From Actinomycetota bacterium (GTDB taxonomy: Bacteria; Actinomycetota; Humimicrobiia; Humimicrobiales; Humimicrobiaceae), in assembly GCA_034660395.1 (NCBI GenBank), contig JAYEJA010000040.1, forward strand, positions 4,434-68,433: DNA of 64,000 bases, in the 5' to 3' direction. The notes under the pieces are model-generated. The model made no database searches, was not told where the DNA came from, and saw nothing but the letters and a program-made list of their open reading frames with translations. Position 1 is the stretch's first letter. The number at the start of each line of letters is the position of its first letter. Made by a program: the position numbers and the translations under genes. Of this stretch, positions 1 through 9,815 are shown piece by piece.

Positions 1-1
1 G

Positions 2-520
2 ATTAAAATTTTAAAGGCGGGGGTATTTGTAAATGAAGAAATAAAGGATATACTTGATTTTTCAGGGAAACTGGGTCTTGATTATGTCCAGCTTTCGGGG
101 GATGAGGATAGTAATTTTTTAAAAAAATTAAAAGATGAATCTGATGGTTTTAAGATTATAAAAGCATTAAGAATAAAAAGTGAAGAAAAAATCGTTAGTG
201 GCAGCAGGGCGCATCTTGATAAAATAAATCAGATTATTAGAGAAGCCGGTCGTTTCGCGGACTTTATATTGCTGGATAGTTACAAAAAAGATGTTTACGG
301 AGGAACTGGAGAAACCTTTAACTGGAGAATTGCAGGGGACTGCAGCGGCAGGATTCCGGTCATATTATCAGGCGGTCTTGAATCCGGGAATGTCAGGGAA
401 GCGATAGATTTTGTTAAACCTTTCGGTGTCGATGCATCATCACGGCTGGAGCTTTACCCGGGTAAAAAGGACCCGGCGAAACTAAAGGAGTTTATAAGTG
501 CCGTAAGAGACAGTGAATAG
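2..520 (+). CDS. trpF: Phosphoribosylanthranilate isomerase, 3' portion; the 5' end lies upstream of the window
   Basis: Frame 2 is open from the window edge. The translation (..DYVQLSGDED..FADFILLDS..PVILSGGL..) matches the TrpF family. trpB and trpA follow directly. Confidence 0.8.
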   Translation: MKILKAGVFVNEEIKDILDFSGKLGLDYVQLSGDEDSNFLKKLKDESDGFKIIKALRIKSEEKIVSGSRAHLDKINQIIREAGRFADFILLDSYKKDVYGGTGETFNWRIAGDCSGRIPVILSGGLESGNVREAIDFVKPFGVDASSRLELYPGKKDPAKLKEFISAVRDSE

Positions 521-538
521 AAAAGGAATTTAATAGTC

Positions 539-1765
539 ATGGAGAAAGATAAAAAGAAAATTAAAAAAACGGTTAGAGATAGTTCCGGAGGAGATAAAAA
601 TTATTCAAAGAGGAACGGGTATTTTGGTGAATTTGGAGGTATGTATGTGCCTGAGATACTTATGCATGCCCTGAAGGAGCTTGAGAAGAATTATCTCAGG
701 TATAAAAAGGATAAAAGCTTCAAGAAAGAGCTGTCATTTTATTTAAAAAATTATGTGGGAAGGCCGACTCCTCTTTATTACGCAGAAAGACTTACAAATA
801 AACTGGGTGGAGCAAAGATATATCTGAAACGTGAAGACCTGTGCCATCTCGGAGCTCATAAAATTAATAACACCATAGGACAGGTCCTTCTGGCCCGCAA
901 AATGAAAAAGAAATTTATAATTGCAGAAACCGGGGCAGGCCAGCACGGGGTGGCAACTGCGGCTGCTGCAGCGCTGTTTAATATGAAATGTAAAATCTTT
1001 ATGGGAACCAAAGACATAAAGAGGCAGGCGTCAAATGTATACAGGATGAAGCTTATGGGTGCGGAGGTAATAGAAGTTACTTCAGGTAGCCAGACGTTAA
1101 AGGATGCGGTTAATGAAGCTCTCCGTTACTGGGTATCAAGGGTTGATGATACTTTCTATGTTCTTGGTTCGGTTGTCGGGCCTCACCCATATCCTGCGAT
1201 GGTCAGGGATTTTCAGGTGGTTATCGGCAGGGAGACAAAAAAGCAGATAATGGCTGCCGAGGGCAGACTTCCCGACTATATTGTAGCATGTGTCGGAGGA
1301 GGCAGTAATTCCATAGGAATATTTTATCCCTTTTTAAAAGATATTGACTCCGTAAAACTAACGGGGGTTGAAGCCGGAGGGAAGGGAATTAGGAGTAAAA
1401 AACATGGCGCTTCGCTTATTTCCGGAAGCAAGGGTATATTTCATGGGGCTTTCAGCTTTGTCCTTCAGGATGACTACGGCCAGATAGATGAAGCCTATTC
1501 AGTGTCGGCCGGTCTTGATTATCCCGGCGTGGGACCGGAACATGCCTATTTTAAAGAAAAGGGTATGGTTAAATATAAGTATATAGTTGATAGTGAAGCT
1601 CTTAAAGCATTCAGGAACCTGTCGCTTTATGAGGGTATAATTCCTGCCTACGAGAGTGCGCATGCCCTGGCTTATGTGGAGAAGCTGGCTCCGGAGCTGG
1701 ATAGGGATGAAATAATAGTTGTAAACCTGTCAGGACGAGGGGATAAGGATATTTATATAAAATAA
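539..1765 (+). CDS. trpB: Tryptophan synthase beta subunit
   Basis: 408-aa ORF. PLP-enzyme motifs GHHGVATA and GGGSNSIG typical of TrpB. RBS AAAAGGA upstream of the ATG. Confidence 0.95.
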   Translation: MEKDKKKIKKTVRDSSGGDKNYSKRNGYFGEFGGMYVPEILMHALKELEKNYLRYKKDKSFKKELSFYLKNYVGRPTPLYYAERLTNKLGGAKIYLKREDLCHLGAHKINNTIGQVLLARKMKKKFIIAETGAGQHGVATAAAAALFNMKCKIFMGTKDIKRQASNVYRMKLMGAEVIEVTSGSQTLKDAVNEALRYWVSRVDDTFYVLGSVVGPHPYPAMVRDFQVVIGRETKKQIMAAEGRLPDYIVACVGGGSNSIGIFYPFLKDIDSVKLTGVEAGGKGIRSKKHGASLISGSKGIFHGAFSFVLQDDYGQIDEAYSVSAGLDYPGVGPEHAYFKEKGMVKYKYIVDSEALKAFRNLSLYEGIIPAYESAHALAYVEKLAPELDRDEIIVVNLSGRGDKDIYIK

Positions 1766-1824
1766 AATATTAGGTACTGAAGGCAATGAAGGATTTTAAA
1801 ACCCGGCTTTTTTTAAGGTGAAAT

Positions 1825-2640
1825 ATGAATAAAGATAATAACAGTATTATTGAAAAGGTATTTAAGGATTTAAGAAAAAATAATAAGAAAGCTTTTATTC
1901 CATTTATAACCTGCGGCTTTCCAAGCATGGAGGGTTTTCTTGAGCTATTTAGGGTTCTTGATGGAAGTGGAGCAGATATAATAGAAGTGGGTATCCCTTT
2001 TTCCGACCCGCTGGCAGACGGGCCGGTTATCCAGGAAACTTCCAGGATTGCCCTGGAAAATGGAATAAATACCGATATTGTTTTTAAATATCTTTTAAGA
2101 GCAAGGCATATCAGCAAAAAGCCCATAGCGATTATGACCTATTTTAATACCATTTACCGTTATGGTGTTGAAAGATTCTTAAAAAAATCCAGGGAGGCAG
2201 GAGTAAATGGGATCATAGTGCCTGACCTTCCGCTGGAAGAATTTAAGAAATATTTTAAGCATTTTAAAGAAGCAAATATAGATAACATAATGTTTGCTTC
2301 CCTGACTTCCAGCAGGGAAAGACTCATGACTGTAGCCAGAAAAAGCAAAGGTTTTATTTATTGTATTTCAGTAAAAGGGGTGACCGGTGTCAGGAATAAT
2401 GTAAATCCTGAAATTATAGATTTTTTAAAGGGTATGAGGGGAATAACGAAGCTGCCTCTGGCGCTGGGTTTCGGATTGTCAAACAGGGAGCAGGTAAGCC
2501 AGATAAAAGATTACTGCGATGGGATTATCATGGGAAGTAAAATCCTATCCCTGGTCCTTGAGGAAGATGACTTTAAAGATGGTATAAAAGCAGTGGAATC
2601 TTTTGCCTCAAAAATTAATAAGATACTGAAAACATCATAG
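1825..2640 (+). CDS. trpA: Tryptophan synthase alpha subunit
   Basis: 271 aa. N-terminal FIPFITCGFPS motif. Immediately downstream of trpB. Confidence 0.9.
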   Translation: MNKDNNSIIEKVFKDLRKNNKKAFIPFITCGFPSMEGFLELFRVLDGSGADIIEVGIPFSDPLADGPVIQETSRIALENGINTDIVFKYLLRARHISKKPIAIMTYFNTIYRYGVERFLKKSREAGVNGIIVPDLPLEEFKKYFKHFKEANIDNIMFASLTSSRERLMTVARKSKGFIYCISVKGVTGVRNNVNPEIIDFLKGMRGITKLPLALGFGLSNREQVSQIKDYCDGIIMGSKILSLVLEEDDFKDGIKAVESFASKINKILKTS

Positions 2641-2891
2641 ATTAAACTGCAGGTATCTGTCGATTCTGGATAGTAGTTAATTTATAATTCCAATGTTAAA
2701 ATAACCCGGTTAATACGGAAAATTATATTATGTAAAATGGAATTGGCGATTCCAAATATATATGTAAAATGGAGTTATATGTTCCAGAATTGTAAAATAT
2801 CCTGAAAATAAATACTTTATTTGGATAGAATTTTCTGCTTTTATTGTAGTTTGTGTTATTAGCTGTAAAATTAATCAATTAATGTTAAACG

Positions 2892-2931
2892 GAGAATCTT
2901 TGTTTTATTATTTTTGGATAAAATATTAAAT
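2892..2931. repeat. Copy 1 of a ~40-bp direct repeat (GAGAATCTTTGTTTTATTATTTTTGGATA-AATATTAAA)
   Basis: 39/40 identical to 4028..4067. The two copies flank the PIN/RHH module. Confidence 0.8.
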
Positions 2932-3165
2932 TAAATTTGCTATTTGCAACAAGATGTTGGATTCTAAAAAACATCAAGTATTTTAAATGGCTATCATGGT
3001 TGTATATACCCTAAATTTTTTTCTGCATGTCTTTATTTAGTATTGTTTTAGCCCCCCATGAAGTATTCGAAAGTTTAAATAGAAGCTTTTAATAAAAAAG
3101 TAGATACAGGTTAATTCTTTAATCTGCATTATTCTAAAAAGATAAGCAGATAAATACCGGTAAAA

Positions 3166-3573
3166 TTACTTTTCTTTAATAAGATATGTAAAATATCTAG
3201 GGTTTTTTATTGGTATATTTCTAAAAACTTTCAAGCGGAGAAGATGTTTATCGCCGGAAATAATCAAATCTGCATTTCCATTAACTGCGCATTCTAAAAT
3301 CATATTATCACTGGCATCGTCTTTAATAACGTTAAGTTTATCGCCAGTTTCAATAATCTCGCAGACATGAGAAACTCGTCTGACAAATTTATCTATATTA
3401 TGTTCAGGCCAGTAGAATTTGTTCCTGAGTATCCCGGCTGTTTCTCTGATTATTTCTCCTGAGATGATAAGCTTGATTTTACCTTTGATTGCAAGAGTTA
3501 AAATTTTATGGGGAATTCCTCTGAATAAGAGAGCGGATATATAGACATTTGAATCGAGAACTATTTTCAACAT
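3166..3573 (-). CDS. PIN-domain toxin (VapC-like; the 'PIN family toxin component' type)
   Basis: 135 aa. N-terminal IVLDSNVYISALL and acidic residues spaced as in PIN nucleases. Separated by 14 nt from the upstream RHH gene. Confidence 0.8.
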   Translation of the reverse strand: MLKIVLDSNVYISALLFRGIPHKILTLAIKGKIKLIISGEIIRETAGILRNKFYWPEHNIDKFVRRVSHVCEIIETGDKLNVIKDDASDNMILECAVNGNADLIISGDKHLLRLKVFRNIPIKNPRYFTYLIKEK

Positions 3574-3587
3574 AAAAAGTTTTCTTT

Positions 3588-3827
3588 CTACTTTTTAAGG
3601 TAATTATACAGGTCTTCGTCATTTTTTATTTTAAAATTCTTTGCAGTTTCTCTACCGGATTTAAATAGTTCAGACCATTCTTTTTCTGCGGTTAACTCAT
3701 TATAGGTTTTAAACATTTCTTTTATTAGGTCTGTTTTTGTGCGGCCTTTTGCCTTTGAAAGATCTTCCAATTCCTCTGCCATCTCTTCCGGGAGGGAAAT
3801 ACTTATAACTTTAGTTTTTCTATCCAA
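3588..3827 (-). CDS. Ribbon-helix-helix (CopG-like) antitoxin. The ORF track extends to 3887, but the real start is probably the TTG at 3827 or the GTG at 3836.
   Basis: KVISISLPEEMAEELEDLSKAKGRTKTDLIKE is a beta-strand plus helix, the RHH signature. SD AAAGAGG lies 9 nt upstream of the TTG at 3827. Paired with the PIN gene. Confidence 0.65.
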   Translation of the reverse strand: MDRKTKVISISLPEEMAEELEDLSKAKGRTKTDLIKEMFKTYNELTAEKEWSELFKSGRETAKNFKIKNDEDLYNYLKK

Positions 3828-4027
3828 TTTATTCACCTCTTTATTACAGTGTAATACAATAATAACAAAATTTTTTATTAGAAACAATAAGTTTTAAGAC
3901 CCCGATAATGTTTAAAAATTCAAGTGTATTAAAAAATATATTATTTTACAAAACAAATTAGAATTTTCTATTTTGCATAGAATCATTTACATTATTGGTA
4001 ATAAAGTGAATTAATTATTGCAGGAAA

Positions 4028-4067
4028 GAGAATCTTTGTTTTATTATTTTTGGATATAATATTAAAA
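4028..4067. repeat. Copy 2 of the ~40-bp direct repeat
   Basis: See 2892..2931. Confidence 0.8.
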
Positions 4068-4107
4068 TAATATAATCTGCAGCACACTTGTATTATCTGG
4101 CAGCTGT

Positions 4108-5046
4108 ATGATGTATGGTTTATTAATAACTGAAGCTGGAACAATGCCGCAATTAAGTAAAGATAAAAAAAAGAATAAAGATTTAACAGTAAGCATAGTA
4201 AGTTATAACAGCTTAAATTTGTTAAGAGAGTGTCTCCGGTCCATATTTAAAAATCCGCCATCGGTAAAATTCAGGGTGATAGCTGTGGACAATGCTTCGG
4301 AAGATGGAACCGTAGAATTTCTAAAAAAGAATTATCCGGAAATATCCCTTATACTAAACAGTGATAATCTGGGTTTTGCCGCAGCCAACAATCAGGCAAT
4401 AAAAAAATCTTACTCGGAGTACATAATCCTTTTAAACAGCGACTGCGAAGTTTATGAGCGGTCTTTAGACAAACTGGTAAGTTTCATGGAAGAAAATCCT
4501 GAAGTGGGAATAGCCGGGCCGAAGATATTTAACAGCGATGGCACCATCCAGTTATCATGCAGGAAGTTTCCTTCTATGCTTAATGCTGCCGCCCATACCG
4601 TGCTGGGAGATATATTTCCCCGTAATCCTTTTTCGAGAAAATACAAGCTTGTCGATATAAGAAGGAATAAGCCCCTGAGCGTGGACTGGGTCTCAGGCTC
4701 ATGCATGATTATAAGAAAGAAGGCGCTGGAGGATACCGGATATCTTGATGAGAGGTATTTTATGTATGTTGAAGACCTTGATATCTGCTACAGGATGAGG
4801 CAAAGGAACTGGGAGGTCTATTATTATCCTGAGGCCGGGGTGATGCATCATGCGGCAGGCAGTGCGGGCAGAGGCAGGCTGGGGGCAATCAGGTCAAGCT
4901 TCAGGATGCAGAAGAGTGTTTTTTATTTTTTCTGGAAGAATTACAGGAAAAGCTTAAAAGTAATAACTGTACCGGCTATAATACTGGTTCTTGGATTAAG
5001 ATTGTTTTTAGCTGCCATAAAAAGCATTTTCCGGCTTAAGAAATAA
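4108..5046 (+). CDS. Family 2 glycosyltransferase
   Basis: VSIVSYNS..VIAVDNASEDGT GT2 signature. C-terminal hydrophobic segment. First gene of the sugar operon. Confidence 0.8.
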   Translation: MMYGLLITEAGTMPQLSKDKKKNKDLTVSIVSYNSLNLLRECLRSIFKNPPSVKFRVIAVDNASEDGTVEFLKKNYPEISLILNSDNLGFAAANNQAIKKSYSEYIILLNSDCEVYERSLDKLVSFMEENPEVGIAGPKIFNSDGTIQLSCRKFPSMLNAAAHTVLGDIFPRNPFSRKYKLVDIRRNKPLSVDWVSGSCMIIRKKALEDTGYLDERYFMYVEDLDICYRMRQRNWEVYYYPEAGVMHHAAGSAGRGRLGAIRSSFRMQKSVFYFFWKNYRKSLKVITVPAIILVLGLRLFLAAIKSIFRLKK

Positions 5047-5155
5047 TAAAATGAGAAGCAGTTATAGAGAGCCGGCTGATTTATGGGTTTTTTATATCAA
5101 AATTTTATATTAAAATAATCACGTAGTTTTTTATAAAGTAAAGGAGAATGAATTT

Positions 5156-6130
5156 TTGAAAATTTTAATAACCGGAATTGCAGGGTTTGTGGGTAAACAT
5201 CTCGCCTCTTTTCTTTTAAATAAAGGGGAAAATAACATTGCCGGTATCGACCTTGATTTTAAAAATTTTAATTCCGGCAGCGGTTTATCAGGGGAAATAG
5301 AGCTTATAAAAATTGACCTGACAGACAGCGACAGGGTTTTTGATGTTATTAAAAAGTTTAAACCGGATCAGATATACCACCTGGCAGCTCAGAGCTCGGT
5401 TGGCTATTCCTGGGAGAATCCGCTGGAAACTTTCAGGATTAATGTTTTCGGAGGAATAAACATTTTAGAAGGTATTAGAATGTATAACCCCGGCTGCAGA
5501 TTAATTGCAGCGTGCACGGCTGAGGAGTACGGTGAAACTGAAGATGAAGATAAAGCCATAGATGAAAATTTTAGTATTTATCCGGAGAATCCATATGCAG
5601 TAAGTAAATCTTCTCTTGATTTTCTTTGTTCAATTTATTATAAAGCATACGGGCTTGATGTATTCACAGCCAGGTCCTTTAATCTTACAGGGCCGGGACA
5701 GTCGGAAGGATTTGTCGCCTCCGACTTTGCAAAACAGGTGGCTCTGATAGAAGAGGGGATGCAGGAGCCTTTAATAGAGGTCGGGAACCTTGAAGCTTAC
5801 AGGGATTTCCTGGATGTAAGGGATGCCGTCAGGGCATACTATTATATTCTGGACAGGGGAAAAGGTAACCGGATTTATAATATATGCTCGGGTGAAAAGA
5901 GGAAAATATCGGAATTGCTGGATATGCTTTTATCCATGAGTAAAAAAGATGGTATTGAGGTAAAAATTGACAGGAGCAAGTTCAGGGCGCTTGATGTCAG
6001 GATAATGTACGGGAGTAATAGGAAATTAAGGGAGCATACTGAATGGAGCCCGGATTATTCTATTGAAGATTCACTGGGGGATATACTTGATTACTGGAGA
6101 CAAAAAATTATTCAGGCAAAAAATGAATGA
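5156..6130 (+). CDS. rmd: NAD-dependent epimerase/dehydratase, Rmd-like (GDP-4-keto-6-deoxy-D-mannose reductase, for GDP-D-rhamnose)
   Basis: ITGIAGFVGKHL Rossmann motif. YxxxK. Strong similarity as I recall it to Rmd (FVASDFAKQVALIEEGMQEPLIEVGNLEAYRDFLDVRD). gmd is two genes downstream. Confidence 0.6.
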   Translation: MKILITGIAGFVGKHLASFLLNKGENNIAGIDLDFKNFNSGSGLSGEIELIKIDLTDSDRVFDVIKKFKPDQIYHLAAQSSVGYSWENPLETFRINVFGGINILEGIRMYNPGCRLIAACTAEEYGETEDEDKAIDENFSIYPENPYAVSKSSLDFLCSIYYKAYGLDVFTARSFNLTGPGQSEGFVASDFAKQVALIEEGMQEPLIEVGNLEAYRDFLDVRDAVRAYYYILDRGKGNRIYNICSGEKRKISELLDMLLSMSKKDGIEVKIDRSKFRALDVRIMYGSNRKLREHTEWSPDYSIEDSLGDILDYWRQKIIQAKNE

Positions 6131-6145
6131 CTTTAAGGAGCTAAA

Positions 6146-7261
6146 TTGAAAGCAGTAATACTGGCAGGCGGGGAAGGAACAAGACTTCGCCCGATTACTT
6201 TTTTAAATCCAAAACCCATGCTGCCCCTTGCAAACAGGCCTTTTATGGAGAATTTTGTTCTGTGGCTTAGATCCCATGATATAAAGGATATAATTTTTTC
6301 GGCGGGGTATCTGTCGGAGGTTTTTAAAGACTATTTCGGGGACGGCAGAAAGTTTGGCCTAAAAATAACTTTTGTTGAGGAAGACAGGCCGCTTGGTACC
6401 TGCGGCGGAGTAAAAAATGTGGAAAAATACCTCGGCAGCGAAAGTTTTCTGGTGTTTAACGGTGATATACTTTCTTCGCTTAATCTGGCCAGGCTAGTGG
6501 CTTTTCATAAGAAAAAAAAGGCGGATGTAACTATCTCTGTAACCGGAACCGATGACCCTTCATCTTACGGCCTGGTGCCTGTTGACGGAGAGGGGAGGAT
6601 TACAGGGTTCCTTGAAAAGCCGAAGGAGGATGAGATTGTTACCGACCTGGTTAATGCCGGCATTTATGTTATGGAGCCCGGTGTGCTGAAAAATGTACCC
6701 GCGGGTGAGAAATATTCCTTTGAAAGGCAGCTTTTCCCCGCGCTCCTGGAAAAGGGTCACAGGATTTTCGGTTATGTTTTTGATTCTTACTGGCTGGATG
6801 TGGGAACGCCGCAGAAATATCTAATGGCTAACCGGGACGTACTGCATAAAAAGATAGTTTTTAAATTTCCCTGCAGCGAGGTGATGAAGGGCATATATGC
6901 AGGAACGGGTACCGGTTATTCAAAGAGTAATTTCGTATCGGGGCCCGTAATTATTGGCAATGGAACAAAAATAGAAAAAAATGCTAAAATAATGCCCCTG
7001 ACCGTAATAGGCGATAACTGCAGTGTATCGGAAGGCACGGAAATATCGGAGAGTGTTATTTTTAACAACTGTAAAATAGGGAAAAAATGTAATATAAAAA
7101 GGGCAATAATTTCAAATAATGTGGTTATCGGAGATAATGTTACGATAGAGGACTATTCGGTAATCGGTGATAACAGCATCATAGGCAAAAATAATATTTT
7201 AAAAAAAGGCATTAAGATTAACATAAATTCAAATGTTTCGGAGGACAGTATTAACTTCTGA
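6146..7261 (+). CDS. Mannose-1-phosphate guanylyltransferase-like nucleotidyltransferase with a C-terminal left-handed beta-helix
   Basis: N-terminal AVILAGGEGTRLRPIT..KPMLP NDP-sugar pyrophosphorylase motif. C-terminal hexapeptide repeats (IGDN..). Confidence 0.75.
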   Translation: MKAVILAGGEGTRLRPITFLNPKPMLPLANRPFMENFVLWLRSHDIKDIIFSAGYLSEVFKDYFGDGRKFGLKITFVEEDRPLGTCGGVKNVEKYLGSESFLVFNGDILSSLNLARLVAFHKKKKADVTISVTGTDDPSSYGLVPVDGEGRITGFLEKPKEDEIVTDLVNAGIYVMEPGVLKNVPAGEKYSFERQLFPALLEKGHRIFGYVFDSYWLDVGTPQKYLMANRDVLHKKIVFKFPCSEVMKGIYAGTGTGYSKSNFVSGPVIIGNGTKIEKNAKIMPLTVIGDNCSVSEGTEISESVIFNNCKIGKKCNIKRAIISNNVVIGDNVTIEDYSVIGDNSIIGKNNILKKGIKININSNVSEDSINF

Positions 7262-7319
7262 CCTGATTTTTATTACTGAGTAAAAGGGTTGGAAATTTAT
7301 ATAATTGAGAGGAGTAAAA

Positions 7320-8285
7320 ATGTTAAAGGCGCTTATAACCGGAATTACCGGACAGGACGGTTCTTACCTGGCGGAGCTGCTGCTGGAAAAAGGCTACAAA
7401 GTTTACGGCATGATAAGGCGTTCATCGGTTGAAAATTTTGACAGGATAGAGCATATAAGAGAAAAGATTAATTTTGTGCAGGCGGACCTCCTTGACCAGC
7501 TGTCAATAATAAATGCTATAAAAGAATCACAGCCGGATGAGATTTATAACCTCGGCGCAATGTCATTCGTGCCGACATCCTGGAAACAGCCGGTGCTCAC
7601 AGGGGAATTTACCGGCCTGGGGGTAACCAGGGTCCTGGAAGCGGCGAGACATATGAATAGAGAGGCAAAATTCTACCAGGCTTCAAGCTCTGAAATGTTC
7701 GGAAAGGTAAGAGAAGTCCCTCAGAATGAGAATACCCCCTTTTATCCGCGCAGCCCCTATGGGGTGGCAAAGGTTTATGGCCATTATATGACCGTAAACT
7801 ACAGGGAAAGTTATGATATGTTTGCATGCAGTGGTATACTCTTTAATCATGAATCTCCCAGGCGCGGCCTTGAATTCGTTACCAGGAAGGTAACTTATGG
7901 GGCAGCAAAAATAAAATTGGGGCTGGCAAAAAAACTTTTGCTCGGCAATATGGATGCGAAGAGGGACTGGGGATATGCCAGGGATTATGTAAGGGCGATG
8001 TGGCTTATGCTCCAGCAGGATAAACCGGAAGACTATGTTATAAGTACGGGACAGACGCATTCAGTCAGGGAATGGGTAAAGCTCGCGTTTGATTGCCTTG
8101 ACCTGGACTGGGAAAAGTATATCGGTGTTGATGAAAGATTTATCCGCCCTGCAGATGTCGACTTTTTAGTGGGGGATTCCGGAAAGGCAAAAGAGAAGAT
8201 TGGCTGGGAACCGGAAACGGATTTCAAGCAGCTGGTTAAAATTATGGTTGAGCACGATTACAATAATTTAAAAAAGCAAGTTTAA
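7320..8285 (+). CDS. gmd: GDP-mannose 4,6-dehydratase
   Basis: [23 protein letters not shown] is near-identical to the Gmd N-terminus. SD GAGAGGAG precedes the ATG at 7320, so the ORF-track start at 7305 is probably too far upstream. Confidence 0.9.
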   Translation: MLKALITGITGQDGSYLAELLLEKGYKVYGMIRRSSVENFDRIEHIREKINFVQADLLDQLSIINAIKESQPDEIYNLGAMSFVPTSWKQPVLTGEFTGLGVTRVLEAARHMNREAKFYQASSSEMFGKVREVPQNENTPFYPRSPYGVAKVYGHYMTVNYRESYDMFACSGILFNHESPRRGLEFVTRKVTYGAAKIKLGLAKKLLLGNMDAKRDWGYARDYVRAMWLMLQQDKPEDYVISTGQTHSVREWVKLAFDCLDLDWEKYIGVDERFIRPADVDFLVGDSGKAKEKIGWEPETDFKQLVKIMVEHDYNNLKKQV

Positions 8286-8310
8286 CAATAAATTTTAGGG
8301 GAAGTTATTT

Positions 8311-9768
8311 ATGACGGATAAAATTAATATAAAGTTTGGAACTGACGGCTGGCGCGCAGTAATAGCAGAAGATTTTACTTTCAGGAAAGTTAAAGTCGTA
8401 TCACAGGGAGTCAGTAATTATCTGAAAAAAAAGACCGGAGGGATTAAAAAACCATCCGTTGCGATTGGATATGACGCCAGGTTCCTTTCGGAAAGATTTG
8501 CCATGGCAGCGGCGGAAGTCTTTGCCCTTAACGGTATTACGACTTATATCTCAGAAAGGATTATACCTACGCCGGTACTGTCTCATGCAGTGGTTGACAG
8601 GAAGGCTGATCTTGGAGTAATGGTTACTGCCAGCCATAACCCTTATTATTACAACGGATATAAGATAAAAGGTCCTTTTGGCGGCTCTGCCACCATGGAT
8701 ATAATTGGGAAAATTGAGAAGGAAGTAGATGAAGTTGCGGAAAATGTTTTAAAATATGAAAAGTCCCCGGGAGATTTAAGGGGCAGTGATGATAATGAAA
8801 TAAAAAAAGCTGATTTTCTATCCGGTTACACTGAAGATATGCTGGCGCAGGTGGATAGGGATGTTATAAGGGGCTTTAAATTCGGGCTTTTATTTGAACC
8901 GATGTATGGTGCGTCGCAGGGAATATTTAAAGATATTCTTGAAAAGTTAAATGCTTCTAATGTTACAGAGATACATTCAACTTTTAACCCCTCTTTTGGA
9001 GGAATAAACCCCGAACCAATCGGGGATAACCTTAATGAAGCTGTAAAGGTTTTAAAAGAAAAAAATTGCAGGATGGCAATTTGCCTGGATGGAGATGGTG
9101 ACAGGATTGCTGCGCTGGGCGAGGATGGAAATTATATAAGTTCCCACCATCTTTATTCAATTTTTTTATGGTATCTCGCGCATGTTAAAAACATGAAGGG
9201 GAAAGTAATAAAATCTGTGAATCTGACATCTACGATAGATAAAATATGTGAGAAATATGACCTTGAACTTGTTACCACTCCCGTTGGCTTTAAGTATATA
9301 GGAGAGGAAATTGTTAAAGGCGGAGTTATTATGGGCGGCGAAGAAAGCGGCGGTCTCTGGGCAGGCGGGAACCTTCCGGAAAGAGATGGAATGCTAATGG
9401 GCTTGAAACTTCTTGAAATACTATGCAGTCTGGGGAAGACCATAAACCAGGTTCTTGACGGTATTTATGAGGAATTCGGTTATTTTGTGTTTGACAGGAT
9501 TGACTATGAAATTGACCCGGAGCAGAAACAGAGCTTAAAGTCCATTATGGAAAAAAGGATACCCGAAGAATTAGAAAAAGAAGGGGTTAGTAAGGTCATA
9601 ACCGTAGATGGACATAAATATATTATGGAAGACGGCGGATGGATAATGATAAGGTTATCAGGCACTGAATCGGTGGCAAGGGTATATACCGAAGGTGAAA
9701 GCAGGGAAAGAACGGATTATCTTCAGGGCCTGGGTAAAAAAATAATAGATGAAGCTGTTGTCGGATAG
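8311..9768 (+). CDS. Phosphomannomutase/phosphoglucomutase (alpha-D-phosphohexomutase)
   Basis: GTDGWR and TASHNP active-site motifs. 485 aa. Confidence 0.85.
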   Translation: MTDKINIKFGTDGWRAVIAEDFTFRKVKVVSQGVSNYLKKKTGGIKKPSVAIGYDARFLSERFAMAAAEVFALNGITTYISERIIPTPVLSHAVVDRKADLGVMVTASHNPYYYNGYKIKGPFGGSATMDIIGKIEKEVDEVAENVLKYEKSPGDLRGSDDNEIKKADFLSGYTEDMLAQVDRDVIRGFKFGLLFEPMYGASQGIFKDILEKLNASNVTEIHSTFNPSFGGINPEPIGDNLNEAVKVLKEKNCRMAICLDGDGDRIAALGEDGNYISSHHLYSIFLWYLAHVKNMKGKVIKSVNLTSTIDKICEKYDLELVTTPVGFKYIGEEIVKGGVIMGGEESGGLWAGGNLPERDGMLMGLKLLEILCSLGKTINQVLDGIYEEFGYFVFDRIDYEIDPEQKQSLKSIMEKRIPEELEKEGVSKVITVDGHKYIMEDGGWIMIRLSGTESVARVYTEGESRERTDYLQGLGKKIIDEAVVG

Positions 9769-9815
9769 TAATATTTAAAGAATTTTTCTAAAAAGACAGG
9801 AGAGGGAGATTTATT

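Noticed and set aside
2892-4067. Possibility that the two 40-bp repeats are a minimal CRISPR array
   Set aside because: There are only two copies, 1.1 kb apart, with protein-coding genes between them and no cas genes. No CRISPR-like array was found anywhere in the window.
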